Of a DNA stretch of 64,000 nucleotides, positions 1 through 13,859 are shown piece after piece. The position numbers and the translations under genes were made by a program. Location: NCBI GenBank assembly GCA_964016885.1, contig OZ024747.1:34224001-34288000 (forward strand), written 5' to 3'. This DNA is from Eledone cirrhosa. Taxonomy: Eukaryota. Each line of letters starts with the position of its first letter. Position 1 is the stretch's first letter. The notes below the pieces were generated by a model. It did no database searches. It was given only the letters and a program-made list of their open reading frames with translations, and was not told the origin of the DNA.

Positions 1-59
1 TTACACCATATGCAATTCTATATTGTATTTTTATAGTTTTTATTCTAGAGTTACCGTTT

Positions 60-197
60 ATCGTCAAGTATTACAGATTATCAAGACGGATAGCATGCTT
101 TGCAACATAGTTTTACGTCTATGTACGTTCTGAATTCAAATACCGTCAGGGTTAGATTTGCCTTTCCTCCTTACGGAGTCGATAAAATGAAGTACCA
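60..197 (+). mobile_element. Decayed tRNA-derived SINE (cephalopod type)
   Basis: B-box-like GAATTCAAATACC followed by the family core TTTGCCTTTCCTCCTTACGGAGTCGATAAAATGAAGTACCA shared with the complete copy at 56568-56751. Confidence 0.7.
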
Positions 198-561
198 TCC
201 ACTAACATCACACTCTGGTAGTTTTTGTTGTCGTACCATAGGTTGACCGTATCTACATGTTAAATTGTTCTCTCTATTCTGTTCTACAGTTTGCTCCTAC
301 ACATGTGGCATACTACATTCGATTTATTTTCTAAAATATTATTCAATTTGGCCCAGCTCCTTTGTGTACTCTGATCCTGTCTCTTTGGTTGTATCCATAT
401 AGTGGATGAAGTGTTGTATGTGTAACTTTTTAATTTTTCAGGAAAGTACGTGCGGGACACGGGCAACACCACTCTTATAAAATGCACTATCAACATGATG
501 TTTTTTTACTATCTGAAATTGCAAATCTTTGGTAGATCAGGTTGATGGAGGCAAATGTTTA

Positions 562-605
<44 letters not shown>

Positions 606-706
606 GTATATATATATATGTAAAACGTAAACAGAAATAACAACACAATCGGCACAGTATATGGAAGGTATATATTAGATTAACGCTTGATATAGCTGGA
701 AGAGGG

Positions 707-742
707 TCTTAACGTTTTGGACGCTAGTTCTTCATCAGAAGA
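707..742 (-). ncRNA. Degenerate minimal type I hammerhead ribozyme in a PLE-like terminal remnant
   Basis: Minus strand reads UCUU-CUGAUGA-AGAACUAGCGUCC-AAAAC-GUU-AAGA. Stem I is UCUU/AAGA and stem III is the palindrome AACGUU, but GAAA has decayed to AAAA. A (TA)n tract lies ~90 bp away. Confidence 0.5.
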
Positions 743-879
743 GATAATGAAACATACAATAGATTGAGGGGACGGGCGGGGTGGAATTGGAAAAATGTCT
801 TTAGATAAAAATAACAGGTCTATTTATGTTGACATCTCTTGCAAAAAAAAAAAATATATATATATTTATTTATACATAC

Positions 880-935
<56 letters not shown>

Positions 936-2404
936 TGCAGTACTGGTACTGAGGGGGGGGGGGTGAGACCAATTATCGATGAATGGGGAAAGGCAGAGTG
1001 GGTATGGAGGAATTCCAGCACTCTTGAAAAGGCTAACTGAACACTTAAACTGTAGGCATATACTGTATATATACATGTACTGTACATATACATATACTGT
1101 ATATATACATGTATACAAGGTGTAACAAGTAAATTGAGGCAAGTTTAAAATGGGTATGTTTTTAATTGTATAGATTTTGTTGAATTCTAAATTCTAAAGC
1201 TTGAATGATCACTTATTCATAATTTGTTCAATCTGAAATAAGAAGTAGTATGTTAATAAACAATTAAACCGTAGAAGTGTGTGTATATATATCCATCTAT
1301 ACATACACACACAGACATGTATATATGCATGTATCCACATATATACATGTATAAGTTATATGTATATATTTACACTCAATCACATACATGCATATGTACA
1401 TACATACGAATGTATGTGTATGTGTGGCTATAAACATAAGTAAGAAAGCAAAACCAGAAATATTTCTAGGGAGTGTAATGTATGCGCAACTATTTTCCTT
1501 TCTTGAGTGTGTGATTGTATTTGCGTGATTTATAGAACGTAAAAACAATGCAAAACGAATTTAAAGAGAAAATAACAATTAACATTTCAAGTAAAACTAA
1601 ATTTCGAAAACAAACTCTCAGTTTTGTTTTTGTCTTTACTATGCATGTTTGAAAAATTAAACACTGCTTCGTAAATTATTTTAAATATTCCGTAATATAA
1701 TTTGCAAATAGAAAGTGGTTTTTCTACTTGTAACTTTTTCTTGTAATGAATGTTGGGTGTCATATAAGCATGAAACGTGAAAAAAAACAACCCTTCTTCT
1801 TGCCGAGTTTACATTTGTCTTTAATTTACAGGTTTGTTTGCACTTATGTATTTGGGCTTATAAAGTTTACTTTTCTACAAAGCTGTTTCTCTTTCAAATC
1901 GATTGCATCCAAGAATGACAAACGACTTTCAATTGAAACCTGGCCAGCAGAAACTGTATGGAATCTTATTTGATGTATTTACAAATCTTTGCACCAGTTA
2001 GTGCTGTTAAAATTTTTGCATTATACTAAAGTAACCGGCATTATTTACTTGTGAATCTATTCTGCTTTTTCCTCGTACGAGACTCATAAAATATTTTCTG
2101 GATAAAGTGTAGGTGTGATAGAGTACCACATCATAACAGAATCCAAATAAAACTTTACTCTCCTTCGTATTTCCCTCATTTTTTTACTTTCTGCTATTTA
2201 AGTTGGTTTACCATTTACTCATGAGTTGATAAGTATAATTTCAATATGTTAGAGTTGGGGCCATGTATGATAAACATTCTAGTCCAATTTCCAAGCTGAG
2301 AATATTAAGTGTAGAATAGCCACAATTTATGCTTGTAAACATATTTGAAGCCTAGAGCTAAATGAATGGCTGTAAACATAGTTTTTTAAAGGAATTGGAG
2401 CCGT

Positions 2405-2563
2405 AGGGCGGTGAATTAGAGGAATCGTTAGAATATCGGATAGAAAGTGTTGTTCTATTTTGTTCGGCACTCTGCTTTCTCACTTCAATTCTCACCGAGG
2501 TAAACTTTGCATTTTTTCGTTTCGAAGTAGATAAAAAATGTACCAGTCTAGTACTTGGGTCGG
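2405..2563 (+). mobile_element. Decayed tRNA-derived SINE
   Basis: GGCGGTGAATT head, then GAGGTAAACTTTGC...GATAAAAAATGTACCAGT, colinear with the other SINE copies. Confidence 0.65.
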
Positions 2564-3210
2564 TTCTTTCTCTATATCCATTTCTGATACTCTTGCTTTC
2601 TATCCTTCTCTGGAAGAAAATCTGCTGTGTTCATACCTGGAGATGAGGTCTGCCAGGCTTAAAAGTACCCAATGAATGCCGTATACCACTACGACGCCCC
2701 TACAAATCTATCAGGAGTTACGGGATCAAGAAGATTGAATGGAAGTCGTGCCGTAAAATATGACTGCATTAACGTTGAACGCATTTAATTTTTGGTGTCC
2801 AGGATTAACATATATATGGACAATTAAAGAAACTGGCAAATTACGTTTTGTTAAAGTAAGTTTGTACAAGAGAAACCCTTATAGTTTATATTGATTGCTT
2901 TCCCAAGGACGTGATTAATGATAAGAATGATGTTTAACTAATTTATTTCTAGAATGTAATTACGAACATATTCAATATATATGCACACATGACATAAAGG
3001 ATTAAATGTATGAGCAAAATTGGAGAAATGAATATTTACTGGGGCACGTGTGATTTGGACAAGAAATTATTGCAGCAACAAGACTGAGAAGGGAAATGCA
3101 TTTTATGTATGAGTGTTTTTATGTATGTAAACTGCAAAGAAACACACACACAAACACACACACACAGACACACACCTATATACACACACCTACCTACCTA
3201 CACACACGCG

Positions 3211-3272
<62 letters not shown>

Positions 3273-4408
3273 TAAAGTCACACGGATGATGATTTGCATC
3301 ATCTTAAAAAAATTATGAATAGAAAAGTGATTAAAACTGTTATGAATTGATATTATGCCATGTAAAATAACGTCCAGTTATACTGTAAAGAGGATAAAAG
3401 GTTTGCACCCGGCTGTACTTGAACTCACTATCCAAAATGACTTTTCCAATGCCATTTTCCCCCCTCCATAGCAACTAAATACACAGGAAGTAACGCCTTC
3501 CCGCCGATACTCATCAGCTTGAGTGATCGTTACTCGAGATACCTTTCGTTCACCGAGACGTTTTATGTTCGGAAAAATCATTCTTTCACCGATGTGTTCG
3601 TGATGAGAAGTGCTTGTCAACTTAGGTTCCACTGTAAATGGATTAAATTTCAAAGCAATTGAAATTGCATTTAACGTACTCACTTGATAGAAACTTATTA
3701 TTTAGGCCTGGGTCAAAGGTCCAATGGTCATACTGTAAGCACCACGCCCTTTCTTGGGAGTTGCATGAAGTCGGAATAAATTATCCAAAACGACAACTTG
3801 TTTTAAATGTTTGAGCCTGATTTGGTTGATATCGTTAACAAGGAGAGCAAATGAGAAATGGATCCTCAGCCTTGTTTACACTGCCTTTACATTTAAACCC
3901 TTTAAAATTTAAAGAATTGTAATAGAAACCGGAATTAGTGACGTAAATCAAATTAGTATGTAAACAAATTAGTAAGTTTAGAGTTGGTGGAAATAAATCT
4001 ATTTTACTTTTAAACACTGCTCAGCCTTCAATGCCACTGCTCTAAGAGTAAAAACAAGAATTTAATCCTGAAATGTTTAGGTTACTCTATGCTTTGGTAG
4101 CTCAGGAAGTTGTGGTTCTCGGTATTATGAGCGATCTGGATTTATTATCTATATTAAAGCATATTAATTAATACAAGTATTAGGTTAAAACCATGTAATG
4201 CATTCTGCTGAGGTTATGCCTTTAGCACTATACTAGTGTGAACAGATTACCAAGAGTGTTAGGTATAATGGCATGCAGTGTTCGTTCTGACTCATTCTAT
4301 AATAACTTGAAATTCTTCCATGTTTAAGTTTCCTCCTCTCAGACTCGAATCAACTTTTGTACTAAAGTATCTCTTTGCTTATTTCTCACACTCACTAGTG
4401 GGTTTTCT

Positions 4409-4472
<64 letters not shown>

Positions 4473-6269
4473 TTCCTCTTTCTCTCTCATTCAGCTACGT
4501 TTTGCTGTTAGAGGGCTTATCGAAGAAAACTCAAAGCAAAACATTTTTCAGAATTAGACATGGGTTGCATAAGGAATTAGCAACCTCTTCTGATAGAAGT
4601 AACGCATGTGCTGCAGCAACGATCCAAGGATGGTCGGTTGTGGTGCTAAACACGGAACAGCAGGAAAAAAGTAGAGAAATATGTTGATATTTAGATTGTC
4701 TAGAAATCTGCCCAACAAGATTTACAATTTTGGTTTATGAGCTCGTAATACCCAATTGAGACATGTAGGTGGTTATTGGTCTATTGATATTCTGTCACAA
4801 TCACTGTGATATGTCTGTAGCAAAGACATTTAATTACTGATGGCGGATTTACTTGGCTGTAAATCAATACTACAGCTAAAACAATTTACTGCTATCTGCA
4901 GTGGATTGTACTGTATAATACCCCGTTGTGTCAAGAGTTTGTATTTAGTGTTGAGTTGAAATACTACTGTGAGCAGAACTCGCTGAAAGGTGTCTCCATC
5001 AAAACGTCTCATCTTAGATTCAATTTAATGATACAATATTTTCTACCCACCCGGCTCTATTAGAAAAGGAATAATGGTATGTCTTGGCTGGCATTGAATA
5101 GTAGTTCAGAGGGTATGGTCCGTGGCATGTCTACTTGCTATTACCACGCAACATGAACAAATTCTTCGTCTAGTAGCACTATGCAACACTATGATGTATT
5201 TCTTTCATTAATAACAATGGAAGCTTAATGCATGCTATTTTTTCGTTATAAAGGAACACTTGCTATCACATTATTATGCCTTATATTAGAGTGTTTGTAT
5301 AGCTTTGTTGGCTTGCAGTACATTGTTAATTTCTTTTAATATGCCTTATACACATTATGTAAATATAAATTCTTAGGCAATATACTAACAAAAGCAGGAG
5401 ATATTGTATACATCATTATCATTATAATTAACAATACATTGTTACTGAATAACATGGCCACAAATACTATATACCTTTGAAACATACCAAAAAAGATTTC
5501 AAAATCAACTGCTTTTCGCCTGATTAGAAATAAAATCAAAAAATTGTTTTTCTCCAGCTAAATTTCCAGAAATGTCAACAGCGTTCGTCGAGACCATCTC
5601 TTCTTCATTTGAATACAACAAATCTACATGCATACGGAATTGCTACTTAATTACTTGAATAAACTTTGAATTATGGAAATATTTCAAGAATTGCTGGATA
5701 TTTTCCCAGAGTTATGAGAAATTATTGAAGCAAAACTACTGACATATTTGAGAGACAAATGCCGCAAAGTATATCGACATCATATCGTTTGTGAATATTA
5801 ATTATTCTGAAAGTTGTGGTTATTCGTGGCTGCCAAGAAAATAATTCTTTAAATTTAATAGTATAGATAAGGCTAATGATATTAAAAAGTTATGTGCTAT
5901 ACTACTTGAAATTTTCAACTGAATTTACAAGTCCAATTGCAGATAGCTGTTCTGTTACTTTAGTAATAAATTGATTTTCAAGTTATGCAGACATTTAATG
6001 AATTAAGGTTCGGCAGATAATTGGTTGAAAATAGATTGATTATGATTCTATTAGACTTTCCACACTATTCATTATCAACTTTTTTTCGTTTTGATTGGAA
6101 AATAAAATACGCTTATGTCTTATTGTCTCCAAAGGATATTGTAATCTTTATTTATCTCTATATGTAGTATAAGGATGCATACGTGAAGTAAGAATTATAG
6201 TCGATTAGTTCAACAACCGGTTGATTCCATTCCCGTCTATGGATGTGAGTCATGGTCACTAACAAAAAT

Positions 6270-6570
6270 ACTCACTAAGATGAGGATTATTGGCGCATTC
6301 GTGCAAATGTTGCGAACATTCCAGAACATATCCTAGAAAACACACGTAGCAAATAAATTGCTCTACAGTTCACATCCTTCCCTCTTCTGAAATCATAAGG
6401 TGTGGGCGGATCACATTAGCCAGTCATGTGAAACGTCACTTCGAACCTGCTGGCAGAATTCTTTTCAACCACAACGCTGAAGTATGTTCTTGAAGATGAC
6501 ACCAGCCTGGAAGCAGGGGAAATTCAAATGACAATGCTGGACATGGTGGGATGGTATGTTGTCATGGTAC
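6270..6570 (+). mobile_element. Highly decayed RTE-clade LINE 3' fragment
   Basis: Frameshifted similarity, judged by eye, to the RTE ORF C-terminus (RRxxLAGH...LEDDTxL...W) seen intact at 8026-8322 and 17082-17471. Confidence 0.45.
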
Positions 6571-8004
6571 CACGTGTAACGGATCTATAGAAGAGGGGAA
6601 AATGTTTAACAATTGGTAGAAATCGTGGAGAACCCAACTAAAGAATTTGACGCATTTAATTTTTTCATATTCTAAGATCAAATCTTGCTGTTGATATCAT
6701 GCTGTTTATATACATTCCATTCAATGACTATCAACTTCATATTCTACCTGGTTATAAATAAAAATAAATTGATACACTGAGGCATGTCTACCAAATAAAA
6801 ATTTGATCATAATATTTTGATTTGAATTTTCTCAAGGGAAAACAGTATTAATGTGTTAAGAAAATACAATGCTAACAGTATTCCAATTAGTGTACAAGAG
6901 TGTATCTAATTAACTATTAAAAACTTTGCTACATTGTTATTGCATAGATATTTGTCAGAGTCTCGCAGTTGTTACCATGTTTCATATTTCTCTTTCGTGC
7001 AAACTTATACTTCATTTTCTTATTCATCATGGGTATAGCTGGTACATTCCTTTTTAATATATGATATATTTCACTGAGACACCACATACGATATTAATAT
7101 TTTTGTTAATGACAAAGTGCTGTTTGGATAATTGGTGCAATTTTTGATTTTCAATTAAACTAAATTTCGTGCAATACATCCTCACTTACATACCTAGTAT
7201 TCATTTATATTTATTGTGCCATATTGTGCTATATTTATACATTAAATAACTAACAATTGCTTTTTTTGTTACTTTGCCATTGATTTAACATAAACTAACG
7301 TGGGCGAACCAAGGAAGGAAATCTTACAGCTATGGTTGACCAGCTGTGAATATTGCATATTCTTAAATAAATGACAAGTTATATACTAGAAAAATAGATG
7401 GATGCTCATAGATTGAAAGTGTGGTCAAACGGGACTTAAATTGAGTTAAACAACAACAACACAAGCGTACGATGATATATGCATAATTTAGTTTGAAAAT
7501 ATTTTGTATTAATAATTGTTGTTGCTCAGCATGCCAAGAATTATTTGTCACTTTAGTTTTCCATACCTTAGCTTTTAATCGTTGTATTTATATATATCTA
7601 GCTTTTCATAAAAACTCCCATGTAACATAAATCATTTCAAATTGCCTTTCTTTTCTTTCGCTCGTAATCACTTTCTGGATTTTATTTATTCATTATACAA
7701 TCCCTGGTTGTACATATAGTATCATCTTCCATCGTCTGAATTTATGTGTTCTTTAGTTTAGTAAATCGCTAAGATTTACATTATATCTTTCGGTTAGTAT
7801 TTACCTGCCTCACACAGGTTATGTATAATTTATTAATACTGCTTATTTAGAGCAAAACATTAGATATTGTTAAATGCTAACTTGTTCCCTTCTCCATGTT
7901 AGGCTTTCAGACAACGAGAATAGAATTGTTTTCTGTTGTTTGGGACATCTTACCGATGAGAAATACGAGGCAACTTTCTATTAAATTACAACCTACCATA
8001 TTAA

Positions 8005-8863
8005 TCATCATCAGGTCGAGCTTGCTCAGCTTTCTACGACACGTTTCGTCCATCCATCTCTGTCTCTCATAGCGTTTGCCAGTTCTTCCGCAGTGCATCC
8101 AATATCGTCCTCAAGTTGCTTGACGTATGTCTTCTTGGGACGACCAGCGTTTCTTGCTCCATGAGATGGACTCCATAACAACACATCACCTGCGATCTCT
8201 TCCTTGCTGCGCCAACAGTGGCCAGCAAATCTGAGTCTCTGTCCACGTATTGACCTGTTGATAGGTGGTATAGAGATACTTATTTGTTGGGTGTTCCCTC
8301 CAAGACACGTTTCACGCAGCACGGAGCATACGTGTGTATTCCCCGTCTAGCTTTTTCTCCAGTTTCGACGTTAGCGTCCAAGTGTTAGAGCCATAAACAA
8401 GCACAGATTCCACAGCAGCTCTGAAGAAATTCATTTTCAGTTTGACCGGCAGGTTTGAATTCTATATATTTCCATTGCATTCAATGCTCCCCAGGCTTTT
8501 CCCAGTCTGATGTTAACATCATGTTCTGTGGAGGCGATATAGCTACCCAGGTATTTGAAGTCGTCCACTTGCTTGATTATATCGCCGATTAGACCTCGCA
8601 TACCAACTGAGGAGTCTTGGTTCAGGCAAATATATTCTGTTTTGCCTGCGTTAACATAGAGTCCGATTTCCTTTGCAACTGATTCGATGCTGTGAAGTAG
8701 TGATGTTGCATCCTTATCATCTGCCTCGACTATGTATTTAGAAAAGCCCTGGACGAAAACTTAGAGTTTGGTTTCATTCTCACAAAGCGAGAGTGTAGAC
8801 GCCATGCAGCTCAGAAAATTACCGATGCTGACTATGCGGATGATTTAGCGGTCCTCGCTGAAC
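8005..8863 (-). mobile_element. 5'-truncated RTE LINE with 5' inversion (twin priming), (TGA)n tail and 10-bp TSD
   Basis: Minus strand 8715->8026 encodes the RT C-terminus (KDATSLLHSIESVAKEIGLYVNAGKTEY...FKYLGS...RLRFAGHCWR). Plus strand 8716-8860 encodes the adjoining upstream part IICLDYV...ITDADYADDLAVLA. ACCATATTAA flanks both ends (7995-8004, 8864-8873). Confidence 0.92.
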
Positions 8864-9246
8864 ACCATATTAAACAAAAGTATTTAAACAAGGTTGTCCA
8901 AAATAAATAACATAGAATTATCAGTGTTAGCACAACAGTTATCATTATGTTTGATGGATCAGAAATAAACTTTTTCTGAGAACAAAACAAAACAAAAAAT
9001 AAGCACTCTACCGGATTAATTTATATATTCATATCATATTCGAAAAAAAGTTGTATTTAATATATCCCACAATGAATTATGGTAAAATATAGTAAAATAT
9101 GGGAAAAAGAAAATGCAATTGGAGTATCTTTATAATATATTTACAATAAATTATAACTTTAGCATTTCATAAGTTTAATGATTTTAAATAGATTGTGAAC
9201 CTAAACATCGAGTGCTCTCCCGGGTGAACCTGCAGTTACACCCCCT

Positions 9247-9303
<57 letters not shown>

Positions 9304-9420
9304 TAAACGGAATAGAAAATGGTGACAAATTGTTCACTGTTGAAAAATGGTTTAATTAGGAATAAAAGAGTATTAGTGATTGTATGGGTTAGTATTCAGT
9401 TGAGGTTTTAAGTTTTTAAG

Positions 9421-9459
9421 TTTTTACCGGTTGCGCATTTCTAAATGCTTTTCAAAAAT
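9421..9459 (-). ncRNA. Variant hammerhead-like motif (UUGAAAA ... GCAA), inverted copy
   Basis: Reverse complement reads AUUU-UUGAAAA-GCAUUUAGAAAUGC-GCAAC-CG-GUA-AAAA. Confidence 0.55.
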
Positions 9460-9795
9460 CATTTTGAGATAGAGTGTCCGTGTTGTTTGCTCTGATCTGA
9501 TTAGTTTTGCGAATTCTACCTGTTTTTATGTTAAAAAAGTGGCTCCAGAGTTACTTTGGTGTTGCAAAAATTCTTGTGGTCAAAACAATTTTGATTGGTC
9601 GGTAGAGGTCATGTGAATAAAAAATTGGTTTTGCGCCAAAATTGGTTTTGCGCCAAAAATTGGTTTTGCGCCAAATCGAATAATGTACACCATTTTAACA
9701 GGGGGAAAAAAATACTGGTCCACCCCTCCCCCACACACACACGCAGATATATACACACACACATACACACGCGTACATTAACATACAAAGAGACT

Positions 9796-9830
<35 letters not shown>

Positions 9831-9940
9831 TTCTCCGTATAAGACAAAAGCTGAAAAATATCTTTTGACATGCTAAAATACCCCCCATTGCTTTCAGACA
9901 CATTCTTACTAACCATCCCTGCTACCACGAATTACTCTGC

Positions 9941-10037
<97 letters not shown>

Positions 10038-10587
10038 ATCTTAATAGCCATTTGACACACATCCCTGCTAACCATTATCAGAACATCGAACACCTTACTA
10101 CTACTACACACACACACACACACACACATATTTGGTGTGAAAGAGTCATTTCTCAATCTTGGCGCAAAACCAATTTTTTTATTCACATGACCTCTACCGA
10201 CCAATCAAAATTGTTTTGACCACAAGAATTTTTGCAAACACCAAATAACGCTGGAGCCACTTTTTTAACATAAAAACAGTCTTGGCGCAAAATCAATTTT
10301 TTACATTCACATGACCTCTACCGACCAATCAAGATTGTTTTGACAACAAGAATTTTTGCAAACACCAAATAACGCTGGAGCCACTTTTTTAACATAAAAA
10401 CAGTCTTGGCGCACAATTAATTTTTTACATTCACATGACCTCTACCGACCAATCAAGATTGTTTTGACCACAAGAATTTTTGCAACACCAAAGTAACGCT
10501 GGAGCCACTTTTTTAACATAAAAACAGGTAGAATTCGCAAAACTAATCAGATCAGAGCAAACAACACGGACACTCTATCTCAAAATT

Positions 10588-10626
10588 ATTTTTGAAAAGC
10601 ATTTAGAAATGCGCAACCGGTAAAGA
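10588..10626 (+). ncRNA. Variant hammerhead-like motif (UUGAAAA ... GCAA)
   Basis: UUU-UUGAAAA-GCAUU[UAGA]AAUGC-GCAAC-CG-GUA-AAG: perfect 5-bp stem II and palindromic ACCGGU stem III. Confidence 0.55.
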
Positions 10627-10782
10627 CTTAAAAACTTAAAACCACAACTGAATACTAACCCATACAATCACTAATACTCTTTTATTCCTAATTAAACCAT
10701 TTTTCAACTGTGAACAATTTGTCAGCATTTTCTATTCCGTTTACCAATATATAATAACTTGTGTGTTACACTTCTATCCTTT

Positions 10783-10817
<35 letters not shown>

Positions 10818-10870
10818 GTGGAGAAATATATAAAGGAGAACAAACCGTTAAAACATGTTCATTTAAAATA

Positions 10871-10910
10871 GCACCTACGTACGTTTCGCCCGAAAGAGCT
10901 TCTCAAGGGC
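10871..10910 (-). ncRNA. Minimal type I hammerhead, U3-A8 variant
   Basis: GCCC-UUGAGAA-GCUC[UUUC]GGGC-GAAAC-GUAC-GUA-GGUGC. Confidence 0.7.
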
Positions 10911-11461
10911 ATAAAAAAACTAGAAAGTGTTCCTTACATGATCCGGAATGGGTTTTTAGAAATAAGTTCACGTCACAGTTTATTCTTCGTAAAAAAACAT
11001 GTATTGATTTTGCAGTAGGTCAAGGGAGATAACTCTAACCGGTGTTAGAGCAGTTTTCTCCAGGCGACTTTTTTTATCCGAGTGAAAGCCGTAAACCGGG
11101 TCACCCTGCACCAAACTTTAACACCCCGGCGGGCAGGCGCTGCAAAAAACATCCGGAAACTAACCATGCATCCCATACCCGGCACAAATCGCCCCAGGCG
11201 AGCAGGTACAGTAAACAAACATCTGGAAACTAACGTTGCATACCTGACTCTGTGCGTATCGACAATGGTAAAGCTGTAACCACAAAGCAATAATGGATAA
11301 AAAGTCGCCTGGAGAATACTGCTCTAAAACCGGTTAGATTTATCTCCCTTGACCTACTGCAAAATCAATACATGTTTTTTTACGAAGAATGAACTGTGAC
11401 GTGAACTTATTTCTAAAAACCCATTCCGGGTCATGTAAGGAACGCTTTTTTAGTTTTTTAT

Positions 11462-11501
11462 GCTCTTGAGAAGCCCTTTCGGGCGAAACGTACGTAGGTG
11501 C
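11462..11501 (+). ncRNA. Minimal type I hammerhead, U3-A8 variant
   Basis: GCUC-UUGAGAA-GCCC[UUUC]GGGC-GAAAC-GUAC-GUA-GGUGC: perfect stem II, palindromic ACGUACGU stem III, short stem I. Confidence 0.7.
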
Positions 11502-11718
11502 TATCTTAAATAAACATGTTTTAACGGTTTGTTCTCCTTTACATATTTCTCCACGTGTATCCGCTCTGCTGACTTTCTCACCCACTAGATAGTAACACTT
11601 CTAATATTTAACACTGCAGGCACACGCATTGAGCACCCTTTGCATGTGCTATTGGCAAATAACTACATCTATCGCCTATCTCTTCTTCTCTCTCTCGATA
11701 CTTAATTACTCTCTCTCT

Positions 11719-11807
<89 letters not shown>

Positions 11808-13140
11808 GGGAGAGACACACACACATCTTTATATGTGTGTGTTGTGTGTGCCTATATTAAAACATAATATGTATATAACCATGAACACACAAATTCATGC
11901 TCATACACACTCGTCTATTTATGCATGTAAATATTTCTATATATAATTATTAGACATAATACCCGCATTTTATTAAAAACATATTTATTTTAAATATATG
12001 CTTCAACTTTAAAGTAGTATACAAAAGCACGATAGCTAAGTTTGCTACCATCTCTTCTAGAGTCGGTGTTCATATTTAAAGACAATATTTTCATAGATTT
12101 TCTTTTATTGATCGTCCAGGGTATCAATATAGGCCTAGTATGTGATCAATAGTATCCAAAACTCATTTATGTTGATAGAAGGCGGAAAGTAAGTAAGCAA
12201 GCAGTTATGATAAAAAAAATCAATAGAAAGCACATATGAGGAAATAAAATAGCATCTGAGGAAATAATGTATATCGTCTAGATCATTATTCATAAATTAT
12301 TTTTCTGTGGTGCCAAAACTAAAATTTCGTCTGTTGTAATTTTCAAAAGAAATAAATGAATTAATGGCATTCTGTATTTATTATAATAGGCATTTTCTTC
12401 ATCTTTGCCAGAAGGGCGACAGCAATATAATATTATCAGTATAATGTATAAAAAATAGACATTAAACATATCAATATAAATATATATGACGAAAAATATG
12501 TAAAAATGTGTACAAAGAGCTAGATACAGTCAAATAACTAATACTAGTTTAAGCATTAAGTAGAGGCTCACGTTCGAAATTGTAATTTAAGTTAATAAAT
12601 ACATATTGAGTGTAAGCTCATTTGCACGAGCCATTTTCACATACCTCCACCAACCTTTATGCCAATTCACTGGTTAGCCATAAATTCTGTTTTCATTCGC
12701 GCTGTGCTCTCCAAGTGAAATATGAAGAAGTTGTTGAATGCTTTGTTAAAAAAGGAAAGTGTCTGTCTCCAGTCCTTTTAGGAAGTAATTCGCCATTCAC
12801 ATCAAAAGTGAAGCGATGATATGATTGTCACGATACACGCAGTCGATAGTCAAAAATGCTCTATTCCCTGCAGTAACTATAGGACATTATTGCACATATC
12901 AGTAACTCTGAGCCATAGATCCAATGGATGGTAAGAGAAACTCGGAAAAAGGGCCCGCTTAAGCCATTTATTCTTGACATGATTTCTATATACTACATAT
13001 ATAAAATCCGCGTTAACGAATATAAGATTACGCAAAAAATAATAGGTCATGAATAAAGAGTCTAAAATATATGCATTCACATGCTCACATACTAAACATA
13101 TATTCTTCTTTTTCTTGTTCTCCTTCTTCTCCTAGCCTCT

Positions 13141-13169
13141 TTTTTCTTCTTCTTCTTCTTCTTCTTCTT

Positions 13170-13199
<30 letters not shown>
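13141..13199. repeat. (CTT)n microsatellite
   Basis: Direct trinucleotide run. Confidence 0.95.
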
Positions 13200-13200
<1 letters not shown>

Positions 13201-13631
13201 ATAATAATGTTTCGCTTCTCCATAATAATAATTAAAAAAAAACGCTACCATTTTTGTACACCCAACCAATAAAATACCACATTTATACCAAGTTACGCAG
13301 AATCCGATAGTCCATTAATTTAGTGACGCCATGATTTCGGTATCACCCACACACTAGCTGTGTTAACACTTTAACTATTCCCTCTTGGTCTTGTGTTCAA
13401 CTCTCACTCCCCCTTACCCCCATCTTCCTCTCACACAACCTCCCTTTACAACCACCTTCCACTCAATACTGGCCAATGAACTCTCTCACTCTATTTTACA
13501 TTTGTTTTCTATTATATTTTTATTTTCATGTTATTATTTAACTAATATTTTTCAATAGAGCCTTTTTTAAGCCCAAACCTCACCATCTTCAAAAAAGCTT
13601 GCCAATAAACATTACGTTATTCCCATTAGTG

Positions 13632-13699
<68 letters not shown>

Positions 13700-13707
13700 C
13701 ACCCCAC

Positions 13708-13741
<34 letters not shown>

Positions 13742-13859
13742 CCCAGGTCAACCATACATGATTGCTGAAAACAGAGCAATATTGTTTCGCACTATCTCAC
13801 CCATGGATCTGGCGTCCCATTTACATAAATCAGAGGGCCAACAGTGCTCACAATGACCT

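Larger units (their letters stand above)
9298..10790 (+). mobile_element. Non-autonomous derivative of the Neptune-type PLE 3' terminal repeat (pLTR), with inverted left arm
   Basis: 9298-~9640 is the reverse complement of ~10410-10748. ~9675-10748 is colinear with 21570-22363 of the PLE. Three internal ~123-bp tandem units at 10157-10527. (TA)n on both sides. Confidence 0.85.
10816..11556. mobile_element. Fold-back PLE-like element with ~260-bp inverted arms, each containing a hammerhead
   Basis: 10816-11079 is the reverse complement of 11295-11556 at high identity. (TA)n on the left. Confidence 0.85.

Noticed and set aside
3378-3683. 101-aa non-repetitive ORF, and exon-like stretches at ~1832-1956 and ~4495-4630
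   Set aside because: No recognisable domain, and no consistent splice/frame chain could be built.
10157-10527. Regularly spaced repeats as a CRISPR-like array
   Set aside because: Contiguous ~123-bp tandem units with no unique spacers, in eukaryotic DNA.
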